Source: Bdellovibrionota bacterium (GTDB lineage Bacteria > Bdellovibrionota_C > UBA2361 > OMII01). Taken from it: a stretch of 64,000 nt of DNA. Numbering within the stretch: position 1 is the stretch's first letter; each line of letters opens with the position of its first letter. Below are positions 1 through 9,701 of the stretch, piece after piece. The notes beneath the pieces were generated by a model that saw only the letters and a list, made by a program, of their open reading frames with translations, searched no databases and was not told the DNA's origin. Location of the stretch: positions 61,834-125,833 of the forward strand of contig JBBAUR010000002.1 in assembly GCA_040398075.1 (NCBI GenBank). Direction: 5' to 3'. A program made the position numbers and the translations under genes.

Positions 1-2
1 CT

Positions 3-155
3 GAAAAGATGCGCTTAGTTGGGCGTTTCGCTCGTCTTTGGGGTATGAGCTGTGCCAAGGCTCGGTTATACTCCGCTCGTGAGACGTTGCATGATCCCTC
101 CGTTTGGATGAACCTGCAGCGCATTGATCCATTAGCTCAGATATCTCTGCTATGA
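3..155 (+). CDS. 3' end of an upstream gene (last ~50 codons only, function unknown)
   Basis: Frame 3 is open from the window edge (...EKMRLVGRFARLWGMSCAKARLYS...AQISLL). Stop TGA 153-155 overlaps the ATG of the next gene (ATGA). Confidence 0.3.
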   Translation, partial: EKMRLVGRFARLWGMSCAKARLYSARETLHDPSVWMNLQRIDPLAQISLL

Positions 156-1684
156 TCGAACCAGATGCATCCATGGTTACTGAGAATGTAGCATTGATCG
201 GTATCTACTCACCGGTACATCCAACCTTGGTGGTGTTTTCGCTCGTAGGCGATGTTCTCACGACCGGCGCTTTTTTTGCTATAGCGATGGGGTTGTTGAT
301 TCTGGCACGGCGACGCCTCGAACTACGTCGAGATTGGCGTATACCGGCCACGGCAGTGGCTCTCATGGTGACCGGCAGCTCGCATCTCGTGGAGGTGTGG
401 TCTATGTGGCAAGGGTCGTACAGTCAGGTTGGTTGGTTAGGCCTGGTTACAGCAGTGGGATCGATAACAGCTGTGTATCTAGCTTGGGGGCTCGTCCGGA
501 CTTTGGTTGCCTTGCCCTCCAAGCGCCTACTCCAAGAGGAGATCGAAAAGCGACGGTTGTCCGATGAAGAGGTCAGTAAGAGCCGAGCATTGTTCGAGGA
601 GGCGCTCACTCGACACGCTTCGGAGATCTCGGAGGCGCGCGCCAAGGTGGCCAGGTTGGCATCCATCGTAGATAACTCTCAGGATGCCATCATCGGTATC
701 GAGGCGAGTGGGGAGATATGGGAATGGAATCCCTCAGCCGAGAGACTCTTCGGTTTTTCGGAGGGTGAGGTGCTCGGCCGTACTATTGCTGCGTTGTTCC
801 CCGGTGACGGCTCCGACGTGCTGGACGGGGTCTCACGGGCCATTTCTGCACCGCATGCGTGTGCTCAGCTGGAGGTAAAGTGTACTCACAAAAACGGTAA
901 TGAGGTTCCGGTGTGGCTATTCATATCGCCAGTGACCGAGAGCTCCGATGGCAAGCTGAGCGTATCGATCATCGCCCGTGATATGAGCGAAAAGAGGCAA
1001 GCTCAAGAGCGGCTCACGCAATCTCTTGCCGATAAGGAGCTGTTGCTCAAAGAGGTCCATCACCGGGTAAAGAACAATTTACAGATAATCTGTAGTCTGT
1101 TACGGCTCCAGTCTGGCTATGTGCCGGAGGGGCCTGCTCGGGCGATGTTCAGGAGTAGTGAGGAGCGCGTCAAGTGTATGGCGTTGGTTCATGAGAAGCT
1201 CTATCGCTCAGAAAGCCTCTCTCGCATCAGTTTCAGCGGATATGTCTCGGAGCTGACCAAACAGTTGGTGCGCTCCCACATTGTGGATCCGGCAAAAATC
1301 CATCTGGAGCTGCACCTCGACCAGATGGAGCTCTCGATCGACAAGGCCGTGCCGAGTGGGCTGATACTCAATGAACTAATAGCCAACGCTATTGAGTATG
1401 GACTCGGAGCAGACGGAGTGTTGTCACTATGCGTGATACTTCGTAAGAAAGCCAAGGTAGTAGAGCTCGTTGTCTCTGATCGTGGCTCGGGTATTCCCGC
1501 AGAGATCGATGTCGTTCAGCCTACGACCCTCGGATTGCGGGTGGTAGCAACGTTGTGTAAGCAGTTGAACGCAAAACTCAGCTTCGAAAATGATCGTGGG
1601 GCGGTGTTTAGATTGGAATTCCCGTTCGAGAGGTCGGAGCCAAGGCGAGATCATACTTTGAACTCCACCCAAGCGATAGTATGA
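152..1684 (+). CDS. PAS-domain sensor histidine kinase (HisKA_2/HWE-type H-box)
   Basis: 510-aa ORF with N-terminal hydrophobic segments and a PAS-like block (IVDNSQDAIIGIE..GEIWEWNPSAERLFGF). H-box HHRVKNNLQIICSLLRLQ and ATPase G-box SDRGSGIP are present. Confidence 0.85.
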   Translation: MIEPDASMVTENVALIGIYSPVHPTLVVFSLVGDVLTTGAFFAIAMGLLILARRRLELRRDWRIPATAVALMVTGSSHLVEVWSMWQGSYSQVGWLGLVTAVGSITAVYLAWGLVRTLVALPSKRLLQEEIEKRRLSDEEVSKSRALFEEALTRHASEISEARAKVARLASIVDNSQDAIIGIEASGEIWEWNPSAERLFGFSEGEVLGRTIAALFPGDGSDVLDGVSRAISAPHACAQLEVKCTHKNGNEVPVWLFISPVTESSDGKLSVSIIARDMSEKRQAQERLTQSLADKELLLKEVHHRVKNNLQIICSLLRLQSGYVPEGPARAMFRSSEERVKCMALVHEKLYRSESLSRISFSGYVSELTKQLVRSHIVDPAKIHLELHLDQMELSIDKAVPSGLILNELIANAIEYGLGADGVLSLCVILRKKAKVVELVVSDRGSGIPAEIDVVQPTTLGLRVVATLCKQLNAKLSFENDRGAVFRLEFPFERSEPRRDHTLNSTQAIV

Positions 1685-1691
1685 TGGGGCT

Positions 1692-2891
1692 ATGGACCCC
1701 TTGAAGATACTAGTATGTGAGGATGAGAGGCTTTTTGCCCTGGAGTTGAAGGAGCGCTTGGAGCGCATGGGTCATCGCGTGGTAGGAACTGCGGGCTCGG
1801 GCGGAGAGGCGGTCGCGATGGCAAAGAACCTCGAACCTGACCTCGTGCTCATGGATATCAAGCTCTCGGGGAGTGTACCTGGGACGAGAGTAGCAGATGT
1901 CTTGCAAAGAACCTTCAAGATCCCCTCCATCTTTCTCACAGCCTTCGCCGATGACGACACCATCAGCCAGGCACGACGCTCCCATCCTCTGGCATACTTG
2001 GTCAAACCGATCAATGATCAGGAGCTCGAGCTCGCGATTGAATTCGGGATGGCACAGCATCAGGTCGAAGAGGATCTCCGGGAAGAGTTGGATGCGTACT
2101 CGTCGATGCTGACTCGACTAGGCGTCGGCAGTGAGGCCGAGCAGGAGCGCCGCCCATCGCAGCACGTACCTCCGGCGGCGACCGGGATGGAGGAACTCGG
2201 TGGAGTTATCGGCAGCATCGCCCATCACATCAACAACTCGCTTGCCGGGGTTATGGGTTATCTCGACTGGCTGGCGCACTGCGGTACCCTTCAAGCGTTG
2301 GAGCAGCGCTACGTAAAGCTCGCGTTGGAAGGATGCTACGAGCAGAAGCTGTTCGTGCAGAAGCTCCTGTGGGCATCGCAGCAGGGACCTCGGGAGCTCG
2401 GGGTGGAGCGGATCTGCGATATTATGGCGCGCGCTATGGATGGGATCTCCAAACTCAAGAAACCAGGGGTCTCCTTCGATCTTCACTCGATTCGCGACGA
2501 TATTGCTGTCTTTGTCGACGAGGAGGCTCTGCGAAACGCTGTCATAGGGGTTCTTCTCTATGCGCAGCGACTGATAGACGGTCAGGGGACCGTGACGATG
2601 GACGCGGAGAGCGAATACATCAACGCCTCCAACCTACAAAACCCCAGGGCGGTACCGGACTCATTCGTGGTGATTGATATTCACGGCAGTGGGCGTGAGA
2701 TGGCCGATCAAGAGATCCGCCAGGCGCACCGCCCAGCAGAGCTTACAGATGGTGATACGCACGCCTTGGGTCTTGCGCTCGCCGTTGCCCACGGGGTAAC
2801 CCAAGCTCACGGCGGATGGTTGCAGATCGAATCGAGGAAGGGTGCTGGCACCTCGTTCAAGCTTTTTCTACCGAAGGTTCACACGCAATAG
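1692..2891 (+). CDS. Hybrid response-regulator receiver / histidine kinase
   Basis: N-terminal receiver (KILVCEDE..PDLVLMDIKL), central H-box-like IGSIAHHINNSLAGVMGYLD, C-terminal HATPase (GGWLQIESRKGAGTSFKLFLP). Starts 8 nt after the kinase stop. Confidence 0.8.
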   Translation: MDPLKILVCEDERLFALELKERLERMGHRVVGTAGSGGEAVAMAKNLEPDLVLMDIKLSGSVPGTRVADVLQRTFKIPSIFLTAFADDDTISQARRSHPLAYLVKPINDQELELAIEFGMAQHQVEEDLREELDAYSSMLTRLGVGSEAEQERRPSQHVPPAATGMEELGGVIGSIAHHINNSLAGVMGYLDWLAHCGTLQALEQRYVKLALEGCYEQKLFVQKLLWASQQGPRELGVERICDIMARAMDGISKLKKPGVSFDLHSIRDDIAVFVDEEALRNAVIGVLLYAQRLIDGQGTVTMDAESEYINASNLQNPRAVPDSFVVIDIHGSGREMADQEIRQAHRPAELTDGDTHALGLALAVAHGVTQAHGGWLQIESRKGAGTSFKLFLPKVHTQ

Positions 2892-2944
2892 CCGCGCTCC
2901 TCACTGGGTCGTTCGATAGCGGGTGTTGCGCGTATCCGAGTTGC

Positions 2945-3385
2945 TCAGAACAAATAGGGAGCAACGAATGCGAAAAAAGCACCCACGAGCAGACACAACA
3001 ACGAGAGACCGGAGATAAATCCCGACATCCGACGTGCTCGTGTACACTGGAGCGCTAACTGAGGATCGGTCGGGCATTCGCGAGGGGCCAGACGTCGCTG
3101 TAGGATATTGAGTGTAAGCAGCGTAGCTGCCACGGAGAACACGATCCCTTTGTTCTCCGAGAGCCAGATCAATTGCGGACAAACGCCGAGGATTGAGACA
3201 AAGGTTGCGCCGGCACCCAGAGCTACGAAGAGTGCGGGAAGCGCGCAGCATACGAGGGTGCTTAGGGAGAAAAACAGGGATGTAAAAGGTAGCAGGCGCT
3301 TCAACCGGGTTGCCCAGTCTTGCGATGCTCTGTGGGCCGGTGAAGAGGACTCAGGAGCTCCTAGAGCCGCGCACAGAAGCATCAT
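2945..3385 (-). CDS. Small polytopic membrane protein with CCxxP motif (MerT/MerC-like metal transporter candidate)
   Basis: 146-aa ORF with hydrophobic helices and LSTLVCCALPALF in the first helix. Its start overlaps the stop of the upstream HMA gene (ATGA). Confidence 0.4.
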   Translation of the reverse strand: MMLLCAALGAPESSSPAHRASQDWATRLKRLLPFTSLFFSLSTLVCCALPALFVALGAGATFVSILGVCPQLIWLSENKGIVFSVAATLLTLNILQRRLAPRECPTDPQLALQCTRARRMSGFISGLSLLCLLVGAFFAFVAPYLF

Positions 3386-3699
3386 TGGCTAGCTGCCTTC
3401 GCATGTTCGTGAGCGCGCTCGATCGAGAGGATCTCGTAGCCTGCATCGACGATGCTTTCTCGGATCTCACTATCAGGAAGAGAGGCGCCATCCTTGGTAG
3501 TTATGGTCACGATCTTCGTATCGAGATCGACCGCCACATCCTGAACGCTTTCCTTGCGTCCGAAGGTTTTTTTGATTCCCTGTGCACAGAAGGAGCACAC
3601 CATTCCCTTAACAGATATCGATATGCGCTCCGCCTGTGCTGATGAACAGAGAACGAGCACGGAGAGCAGAGTGATAGAGAAAACGAAGGTTTTTTTCAT
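3382..3699 (-). CDS. Periplasmic heavy-metal-associated (HMA) domain protein, MerP/CopZ-like
   Basis: Sec signal (MKKTFVFSITLLSVLVLCSSAQA) followed by the GMVCSFCAQ (GMxCxxC) metal-binding motif. Confidence 0.75.
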   Translation of the reverse strand: MKKTFVFSITLLSVLVLCSSAQAERISISVKGMVCSFCAQGIKKTFGRKESVQDVAVDLDTKIVTITTKDGASLPDSEIRESIVDAGYEILSIERAHEHAKAASQ

Positions 3700-3709
3700 A
3701 CAATGAACT

Positions 3710-4381
3710 CTAGAAATGAGCAGCTCCAGCTAAAAAAGGGGTTCCTTCGATACTTGCGCCCACTTCGAGTACGAAGTTGTCGTAAAAGAATCGTAAGAGC
3801 GGTGTGATGCGAGAGCGCTCGTGCATCTGGGGCATTTCGTCGACCTGTAGAACCACCCACGTTTGCAGAGCATCGAAGGGAGCAACGTACGGGGTGAATC
3901 CGATACGCCCCCTGAAACGGTCGAACTGCACGGAGCTCTTCGATTGGAGCGTCTCGGCCGACAGCTGCGCGTATATCCGTCGTGTTTCATAGTCCGCCTC
4001 GAGGGCAGCGTAACCAGCCAATGCCCCGTTGTCATGTGAATCGTGTCTACCGCCGAGCCCTAGAGATAGATTGACGTTGGCCTGAGAATTTAATTCATTC
4101 CAGCGCTGCAGGAGATAGTTGAACTGCCCCATGCCGAAGGTCGCCGAACTGTCTCTGCCCTCACGATAAAAACTCGACATTCCAAGTGAATAGCGATTCG
4201 TGACGGAATAGTTGACCTGCAAGTCTGACCAGTCGTCGTTATATGCGGGCATGACTCCGTAACCCCCCTTGAAGCTCACAGGATTCGCCCGTGCCGCTTG
4301 GTGGGAGGTCACGCACAGGAACAAGACGAGAAATAGAGGTCTCACACCCCGAGTGTAATCACCCTGAGAGGTGGTGAACAT
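3710..4381 (-). CDS. Outer-membrane beta-barrel protein (unknown substrate)
   Basis: Signal peptide (LFLVLFLCVTSHQAARA) if started at the internal ATG 4381. Alternating beta-strand pattern with C-terminal ...GAAHF. Same strand and upstream of the HMA gene. Confidence 0.5.
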   Translation of the reverse strand: MFTTSQGDYTRGVRPLFLVLFLCVTSHQAARANPVSFKGGYGVMPAYNDDWSDLQVNYSVTNRYSLGMSSFYREGRDSSATFGMGQFNYLLQRWNELNSQANVNLSLGLGGRHDSHDNGALAGYAALEADYETRRIYAQLSAETLQSKSSVQFDRFRGRIGFTPYVAPFDALQTWVVLQVDEMPQMHERSRITPLLRFFYDNFVLEVGASIEGTPFLAGAAHF

Positions 4382-4446
4382 AGTATTTTCGATTGCTCGA
4401 CAGCCGGATTTGGTGTGACATTCCACGAGAGGTCAGGAACAGATCT

Positions 4447-5070
4447 ATGAAATCATCCAAGACAGCGTGGACCAAGAGAGAGCTCAGTCTATTAGCAAAG
4501 ATGCGAACCCCAGCTACAATCCAGGATTATCTGGACAAACTACCGTATCGCTGTGAAGACGGACATCTCTCTGCGCGGGCAGCGCTGCGAGACGGCCGGG
4601 CGCACTGTTTCGACGGTTCGCTGCTTGCGGCCGCCGCCTTGCGACGATGCGGCAGTACGCCTTTTCTGGTTGACTTGTGTGCAGTTAGAGACGACGACCA
4701 CATGATTTGCGCGTACCAATACCGAGGACGGTGGGGAGCCGTTGCCAAGTCGAACTTTCCAGGACTCCGCTTGCGAGAGCCGATATTTCGAAGTGTAAGG
4801 GAGCTCGTCTTGTCGTACTTTGAGTTCTATTTCAACATGAAAGGGGAGAAGTCCCTGCGCAGCTTCTCGCGCCCGCTGCGCTTGCCCGACCCTCGGCAGC
4901 TCGATTGGGAGTGCGACGATTCGGTGGGTGATCGCCTGGTGGAGCGGCTCGGCGAGATTCGACACTACGATATTATGGCAGCGGGGCAAGAGCGCACGCT
5001 CCGTCGAGTAGATCAACGGCTATTTGATTCGCAGCTGGTGGGCGTGAACCTCACAGGGGTTCGGAGGTGA
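4447..5070 (+). CDS. Transglutaminase-like cysteine-protease-fold protein
   Basis: GRAHCFDGSLLAAAALRRCG (G..C.d..l..a.lR..G pattern) plus downstream DDDHMICAY...GRWGAV. Start taken at ATG 4447 rather than the ORF-track start 4393. Confidence 0.5.
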   Translation: MKSSKTAWTKRELSLLAKMRTPATIQDYLDKLPYRCEDGHLSARAALRDGRAHCFDGSLLAAAALRRCGSTPFLVDLCAVRDDDHMICAYQYRGRWGAVAKSNFPGLRLREPIFRSVRELVLSYFEFYFNMKGEKSLRSFSRPLRLPDPRQLDWECDDSVGDRLVERLGEIRHYDIMAAGQERTLRRVDQRLFDSQLVGVNLTGVRR

Positions 5071-5093
5071 GTGTGAGCCTGTAAGGAGCTACG

Positions 5094-5462
5094 ATGACAC
5101 GAGGTAAGGATTCTGAGTTTCGAGTGGTGTATTCGACCGACCAGGGCCAGTTCTGTCCCGAATGTGCAAAGCCACGCAAGTCTTGCTCGTGCGAGGAAGA
5201 GCGGCGGCGCATTGTAACAGGTGACGGTAACGTCAAGGTGCGTCGAGAGACGAAGGGCCGTGGTGGCAAGACGGTCACGACGATCTCTGGATTAGCCCTG
5301 ACGAAAGCAGAGCTCGGTGTAATGTTGAAGGACCTCAAGAGGGTGTGTGGTTCCGGGGGCACGGAGAAGGATGGGGTCTTGGAAATTCAAGGCGATCACT
5401 GTGACACGGTGATAGGGGAGCTTTCTAAGCGTGGGATTCGTAGTAAGCGCGCTGGAGGCTAG
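5094..5462 (+). CDS. yciH: SUI1/eIF1-family translation initiation inhibitor YciH
   Basis: 122 aa with CPECAKPRKSCSC then VRRETKGRGGKTVTTISGL...LKDLKRVCGSGGT, the typical YciH layout. Confidence 0.9.
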   Translation: MTRGKDSEFRVVYSTDQGQFCPECAKPRKSCSCEEERRRIVTGDGNVKVRRETKGRGGKTVTTISGLALTKAELGVMLKDLKRVCGSGGTEKDGVLEIQGDHCDTVIGELSKRGIRSKRAGG

Positions 5463-5666
5463 AGCTTCAAGGGGCGTAAAGCGCTGATAGCGCGTGCTTT
5501 TGACTTGCGGCAGGCTGCGCTCCAGTGCCCCCAAAACGGATGCCTGCGGGGCTGCAAAATGAAGTGCAACCCTTCTGGAAAGCTAGAGATAGGTATATAC
5601 TTCGGGGCGTCTAAGCCCCTTTTGAGCCGTGGGTCTCAGGAGCGAGGTACCTCTGAGGAGTTCTGT

Positions 5667-5888
5667 ATGTTCGGTGGTGGCGGTAACAAGATCAAGGTTA
5701 GCGAATCTGTTCTTCAGAAGGTCAAGGTGGCAGCAGGTATTCTCGGGTGCTCAGTGGACGAATTTATCGAGCGAGCTCTGGAGAGCGAGGCTGAAAAAGT
5801 GATGGCATCAACCTCCAATAAGGAGCCCTCCGCCGCTGAGGTCGAGGAGATCGCAAATCAGCTCAAAGGGCTCGGGTACCTTGAGTAG
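5667..5888 (+). CDS. Small ribbon-helix-helix-like protein (hypothetical)
   Basis: 73 aa from ATG 5667. IKVSESVLQKVKVAAGILGCSVDEFIERALESE looks like a strand-helix-helix. Confidence 0.35.
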   Translation: MFGGGGNKIKVSESVLQKVKVAAGILGCSVDEFIERALESEAEKVMASTSNKEPSAAEVEEIANQLKGLGYLE

Positions 5889-6723
5889 TGCAATCGCTTA
5901 CCTTCATCAGACCCTAGGGTGGGTCGTAGAGGTGGCGTGGTCCACGCTGTCATGGGCAACCCCAAGTATCCAGCTACTGATCGTATCGGTGGTGTTTGGC
6001 CTGGTGATGGTGGTGATCTTCGGAAAGGTTTCGAATCAAGAGGCTATCAATCGTGTCAAGACCGATATCTCGGCATCTCTCATGGAGGTGTTCCTCTTCC
6101 GAGCCGACATGCTTCAGGCTCTTAAAGCTCAGGGCGCTCTGCTGCTGGCAGGGTGTCGATATTTTTTTCTTGCCCTGGGGCCGGTACTGATCCTGGCGGT
6201 GCCGTTTGCACTGATATTAGGACACTTCAATCTGCGCTTCGGGGTGCGCCCGCTCAAGTCTACCGAAGCGAGCGTCCTTGCAGTTAGCGTGGCCAAGGGT
6301 ACAGACCTCCGCGCAGTAGCGCTTCAAACAGACTCCGGGCTCGAAGCGGTCGGGCCCGTGCGGGTCCCCAAAACCCGCTCAGTCTACTGGCGGGTGCGTC
6401 CAAGCCTCGAGGGGCAACACTCACTGAGGCTCTCTGTTGATGGCCAGGGTCAGGTGTTCCGACAGGTTGTTGAGAGTGGGATCGAATCTTCTCGACCGCT
6501 AGGGGTCTACCTTTCTCGTCACGAGGTTCTGACCCCGCTTCTGTTTCCGAATGCGGGAGGGGGGTTCTCCCTACCTCCGGGGCCGATTGAGCGGATTGAG
6601 CTCTCGTACCCCGACCGGTACTACACCTTTGGCGGTTTAGAATTCTCCTGGGTTTCGGTTTTTCTCGTCGTCTCCATCCTTGCTGGCTTGGTTGGAAGTC
6701 GGTTTTTTGGAATATCTGTGTAG
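5881..6723 (+). CDS. Membrane protein, unknown function
   Basis: 280-aa ORF with a TTG start overlapping the previous stop. Several hydrophobic helices at both ends flank a soluble central region. Confidence 0.45.
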   Translation: MSSAIAYLHQTLGWVVEVAWSTLSWATPSIQLLIVSVVFGLVMVVIFGKVSNQEAINRVKTDISASLMEVFLFRADMLQALKAQGALLLAGCRYFFLALGPVLILAVPFALILGHFNLRFGVRPLKSTEASVLAVSVAKGTDLRAVALQTDSGLEAVGPVRVPKTRSVYWRVRPSLEGQHSLRLSVDGQGQVFRQVVESGIESSRPLGVYLSRHEVLTPLLFPNAGGGFSLPPGPIERIELSYPDRYYTFGGLEFSWVSVFLVVSILAGLVGSRFFGISV

Positions 6724-6749
6724 TAGCGGAATTACGGTAGGGTAGTGCC

Positions 6750-7595
6750 ATGAAAAACAACCTCCTCATGATCGTTTTCGATAGTTGTCGCTTCGATTCC
6801 TTCGTGGAGGCCAAGACCCCTTTCATCAGCAAGCTGGGAGCGGTGGAGCGGCGCTACTCGTACGCGAGTTGGACAGTCCCTTCGCACACCGTGTACCTCT
6901 TGGGGTGTAGCCCGCACAAAAGCCCCAAAGGAGTGTTCGCTTCGGAGGTTTACAAGAAGGATTTTGTCAACTGGGGAGAGCGGTTGAACATCCCGGATAT
7001 CTCCTTCAAAGGGTTCGTTCCACGGCTCTCGCTGCCAGCTTTTCTGAAAGAGCAAGGCTACAAGACCAACGCGCTCGTCAGTATGCCTGTTTTGAATCAG
7101 ACTACGATCCTCAATACGCATTTCGACCGCTATCAGCTCATGAAGTGTCACCACGACTTCAACGCGATCATCGACAATCTAATCTTCGAGTCAGATAGGC
7201 CGTCTTTTTACCTTCTCAACGTTGGAGAGACGCACTATCCCTACATCATCCCAGGAGAATCAGCTGATGATCTCCCGCGTATTTCGGGGGTTCACGGTGT
7301 CTTCAAGCATATGGATGACCTCGTGCTCCAAGCAGGAGATCCCTCCTTGGCTCCGAAGGAAGAGCGCTTTTTCGACATGCATCAGATGAAGATGCTGCAC
7401 GAGAAGCAGCGTAACAACGTAGAGTACCTCGACCGTCTCTTTGAGAAGCTCTACGAGGTAGTGCCGCGAAATACTCACATAATGGTTATGTCCGACCACG
7501 GCGAGCTGTTCGGAGAAGACGGATACTTTGGCCACGGTCCGATTATGCACGAGAAGTGCTTCGAGGTCTTCTTTGTAGAGGGTCGGATCAAGTGA
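6750..7595 (+). CDS. Sulfatase-like / alkaline-phosphatase-superfamily hydrolase
   Basis: NLLMIVFDSCRFDSF, WTVPSH (nucleophile-like), MVMSDHGELFGEDGYFGHG. Confidence 0.6.
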   Translation: MKNNLLMIVFDSCRFDSFVEAKTPFISKLGAVERRYSYASWTVPSHTVYLLGCSPHKSPKGVFASEVYKKDFVNWGERLNIPDISFKGFVPRLSLPAFLKEQGYKTNALVSMPVLNQTTILNTHFDRYQLMKCHHDFNAIIDNLIFESDRPSFYLLNVGETHYPYIIPGESADDLPRISGVHGVFKHMDDLVLQAGDPSLAPKEERFFDMHQMKMLHEKQRNNVEYLDRLFEKLYEVVPRNTHIMVMSDHGELFGEDGYFGHGPIMHEKCFEVFFVEGRIK

Positions 7596-7597
7596 CG

Positions 7598-9598
7598 ATG
7601 GGGGCTCAGCTCAGTAGACGAGGTTTTCTGAAGGGCGCCGCAGCGAGTGCGGTGGGGGTCTCGATGCGGGAGATCCTCGCGAGTGGTAAAGCGCCCTATC
7701 TAAAGAACAAGCGTGTGGGTTCCAAGACGATCGTTCTCGGCATCGACGGCATGGACCCGAAGCTCCTCGGGCGATTTGTCGACCAAGGATACATGCCGAC
7801 CTTCAAGGCTTTTATCGAACGTGCGCGATTCGGAGAGCTTGGAACTACCATGCCTCCTCAAAGTCCGGTGGCATGGTCGAGCTTCATCACAGGAACGAAT
7901 CCGGGGGGACACGGGATCTTTGATTTTGTGCACCGCGACCCGGCAGCCCTCTTGCCGTATCTCTCGACCACGCGCTCGTACTCTTCGGACTCGAAACTGT
8001 CGGTCGGTGAGTGGTGCCTCCCTCTTGGCTCCGGGCGGGTTGATCTGATGCGTAAAGGGCGGCCCTTTTGGTCGTTGCTCGAGGAGCACGGGATCCCCTC
8101 GACTATCTTTGCGCTGCCGGCAAACTTTCCGGTCATTGAAGAGGGATCTGTTCGAGCGCTCTCGGGTATGGGCACCCCGGATCTTCTGGGAACATACGGG
8201 ACGTTCACGCTCTTTTCAGAGGTCGACGTGCCCGATGCAAAGGATTGGAGCGGTGGTCGCGTGGTGCGGGTGCATCCGGTCAACAACGTCTACAGCGCGG
8301 TATTAGAGGGGCCGTCCAACTCGTTCAGACGGGATGGTTCGGCTGCTTCCGTTCCGGTTTCGATATCTCGAGACCCGTGGGATCCGATGGTGAAGGTCGA
8401 TATCGGTGGTGAGAAGCTCGTACTCAAGCAGGGGGAGTGGTCCGAGTGGGTTCCTCTGTCGTTCGAGTTTATCCCATTGTTTGCTACCGTGGGTGGAATG
8501 GTTCGGCTCTTCGTGAAGCAGGTGCACCCAACACTCAAGGTGTATGTCTCACCGATCAACATCGATCCAATGGAGCCGACTCTCCCAATCGGTTCTCCGA
8601 GTGGATATTCGAGAGAGATCGCGCAGGCAGTGGGGCGCTTTTATACGCAGGGGTTCCCAGCTGATCAGAAAGCTGTCGCGCTGGGAGCCATCTCGGATGA
8701 CGAGTATTTTCAGCAGGCGAACATCGTCATCGATGAAAACTTCAAGATCCTCGACTACCAGCTCTCACGGTACGACGACGGGTTCTTCTTCTACTATTTC
8801 TCGTGTATCGACCAGAATTGTCACATGTTGTGGCGTCTGTGCGATCCGAATCATCCGCTCTATCGACCGGATGCGAGTCTCGAGCTGAAGAGTTCTGTCC
8901 GCAGATTGTACCAGCGCATGGATGATGCCTTGAAGCTCGTACTGAGCAAGGTGGACGAGTCAACGAGTCTCTTCGTCATCTCCGATCACGGGTTCGGTAC
9001 CTTTGAGCGGGAGTTTCACATCAGTCGCTGGTTGGTTGAGCAGGGATACACAGTGCTAAAAGATCCAGACGGGCACGAACCTGGCGATATGTACGACCGT
9101 GTCGATTGGTCTAAGACGAGGGCCTATGCCCTCGGCATCAACGGTGTGTACATCAATCTTCGGGAACGCGAGCCGCACGGTATCGTCGAGCCCCAGGAAG
9201 CGCAGCGTATCAAGGAGGAGCTAATAGCGCGATTGGTGCTCACGGTAGACCCGCTCCGCAACAAACCGATCGTGAGAGCCGCTTATGATTCACGTAAGAT
9301 CTACTCCGGACCGCATCTGTTCTTGGCTCCGGATATTTTGGTGGGCTATCACTCAGGGTATCGGGTTTCGGATGAAGCGGTGCTTGGCAAGTTCCCTCGA
9401 GAGATAGTTGGGGATCGCACCAATAAGTGGTCGGCTGACCACTGCTTTGATCCCGGACTGGTGCCGGGCATCATCCTTTCCAACAAAACTGAGTGGAATC
9501 GCGGAAATCCCGCAATATGGGACATGGCCCCCAGTATCCTGCGGAGCTTCGGTCTCGAGGTTCCAGCAGAGATGGATGGCAAGCCGATACAGGTGTGA
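7598..9598 (+). CDS. TAT-exported type I phosphodiesterase/nucleotide pyrophosphatase-family (alkaline phosphatase superfamily) protein
   Basis: Twin-arginine signal SRRGFLKGAAASAVGVS from ATG 7598. Also IVLGIDGMDPKLL, PPQSPVAWSSFITGTNPGGHGIFDF, FVISDHGF. Confidence 0.75.
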   Translation: MGAQLSRRGFLKGAAASAVGVSMREILASGKAPYLKNKRVGSKTIVLGIDGMDPKLLGRFVDQGYMPTFKAFIERARFGELGTTMPPQSPVAWSSFITGTNPGGHGIFDFVHRDPAALLPYLSTTRSYSSDSKLSVGEWCLPLGSGRVDLMRKGRPFWSLLEEHGIPSTIFALPANFPVIEEGSVRALSGMGTPDLLGTYGTFTLFSEVDVPDAKDWSGGRVVRVHPVNNVYSAVLEGPSNSFRRDGSAASVPVSISRDPWDPMVKVDIGGEKLVLKQGEWSEWVPLSFEFIPLFATVGGMVRLFVKQVHPTLKVYVSPINIDPMEPTLPIGSPSGYSREIAQAVGRFYTQGFPADQKAVALGAISDDEYFQQANIVIDENFKILDYQLSRYDDGFFFYYFSCIDQNCHMLWRLCDPNHPLYRPDASLELKSSVRRLYQRMDDALKLVLSKVDESTSLFVISDHGFGTFEREFHISRWLVEQGYTVLKDPDGHEPGDMYDRVDWSKTRAYALGINGVYINLREREPHGIVEPQEAQRIKEELIARLVLTVDPLRNKPIVRAAYDSRKIYSGPHLFLAPDILVGYHSGYRVSDEAVLGKFPREIVGDRTNKWSADHCFDPGLVPGIILSNKTEWNRGNPAIWDMAPSILRSFGLEVPAEMDGKPIQV

Positions 9599-9605
9599 GT
9601 TCCTT

Positions 9606-9659
9606 TCCTTTACCTGTACCGGGGCTACTAGTTCCTTTACCTGTACCGGGGCTACTAGT
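9606..9659. repeat. Perfect 27-bp tandem duplication (tcctttacctgtaccggggctactagt x2)
   Basis: Read directly: copies at 9606-9632 and 9633-9659, lying between the stop of the upstream gene and the Y1 transposase start. Confidence 0.9.
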
Positions 9660-9701
9660 TCCGAGCTAGCACACAACTTCTATCGCTCTTCACCGATAAT
9701 A

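Noticed and set aside
9606-9659. Possible CRISPR array
   Set aside because: There are only two directly abutting 27-bp copies with no spacers, and no cas genes in the window.
9408-9701. N-terminal 98-codon extension of the transposase ORF as given in the ORF track
   Set aside because: It overlaps the 3' end of the phosphodiesterase gene and reads through the 27-bp tandem repeat. The conserved Y1 transposase sequence begins right after ATG 9702.
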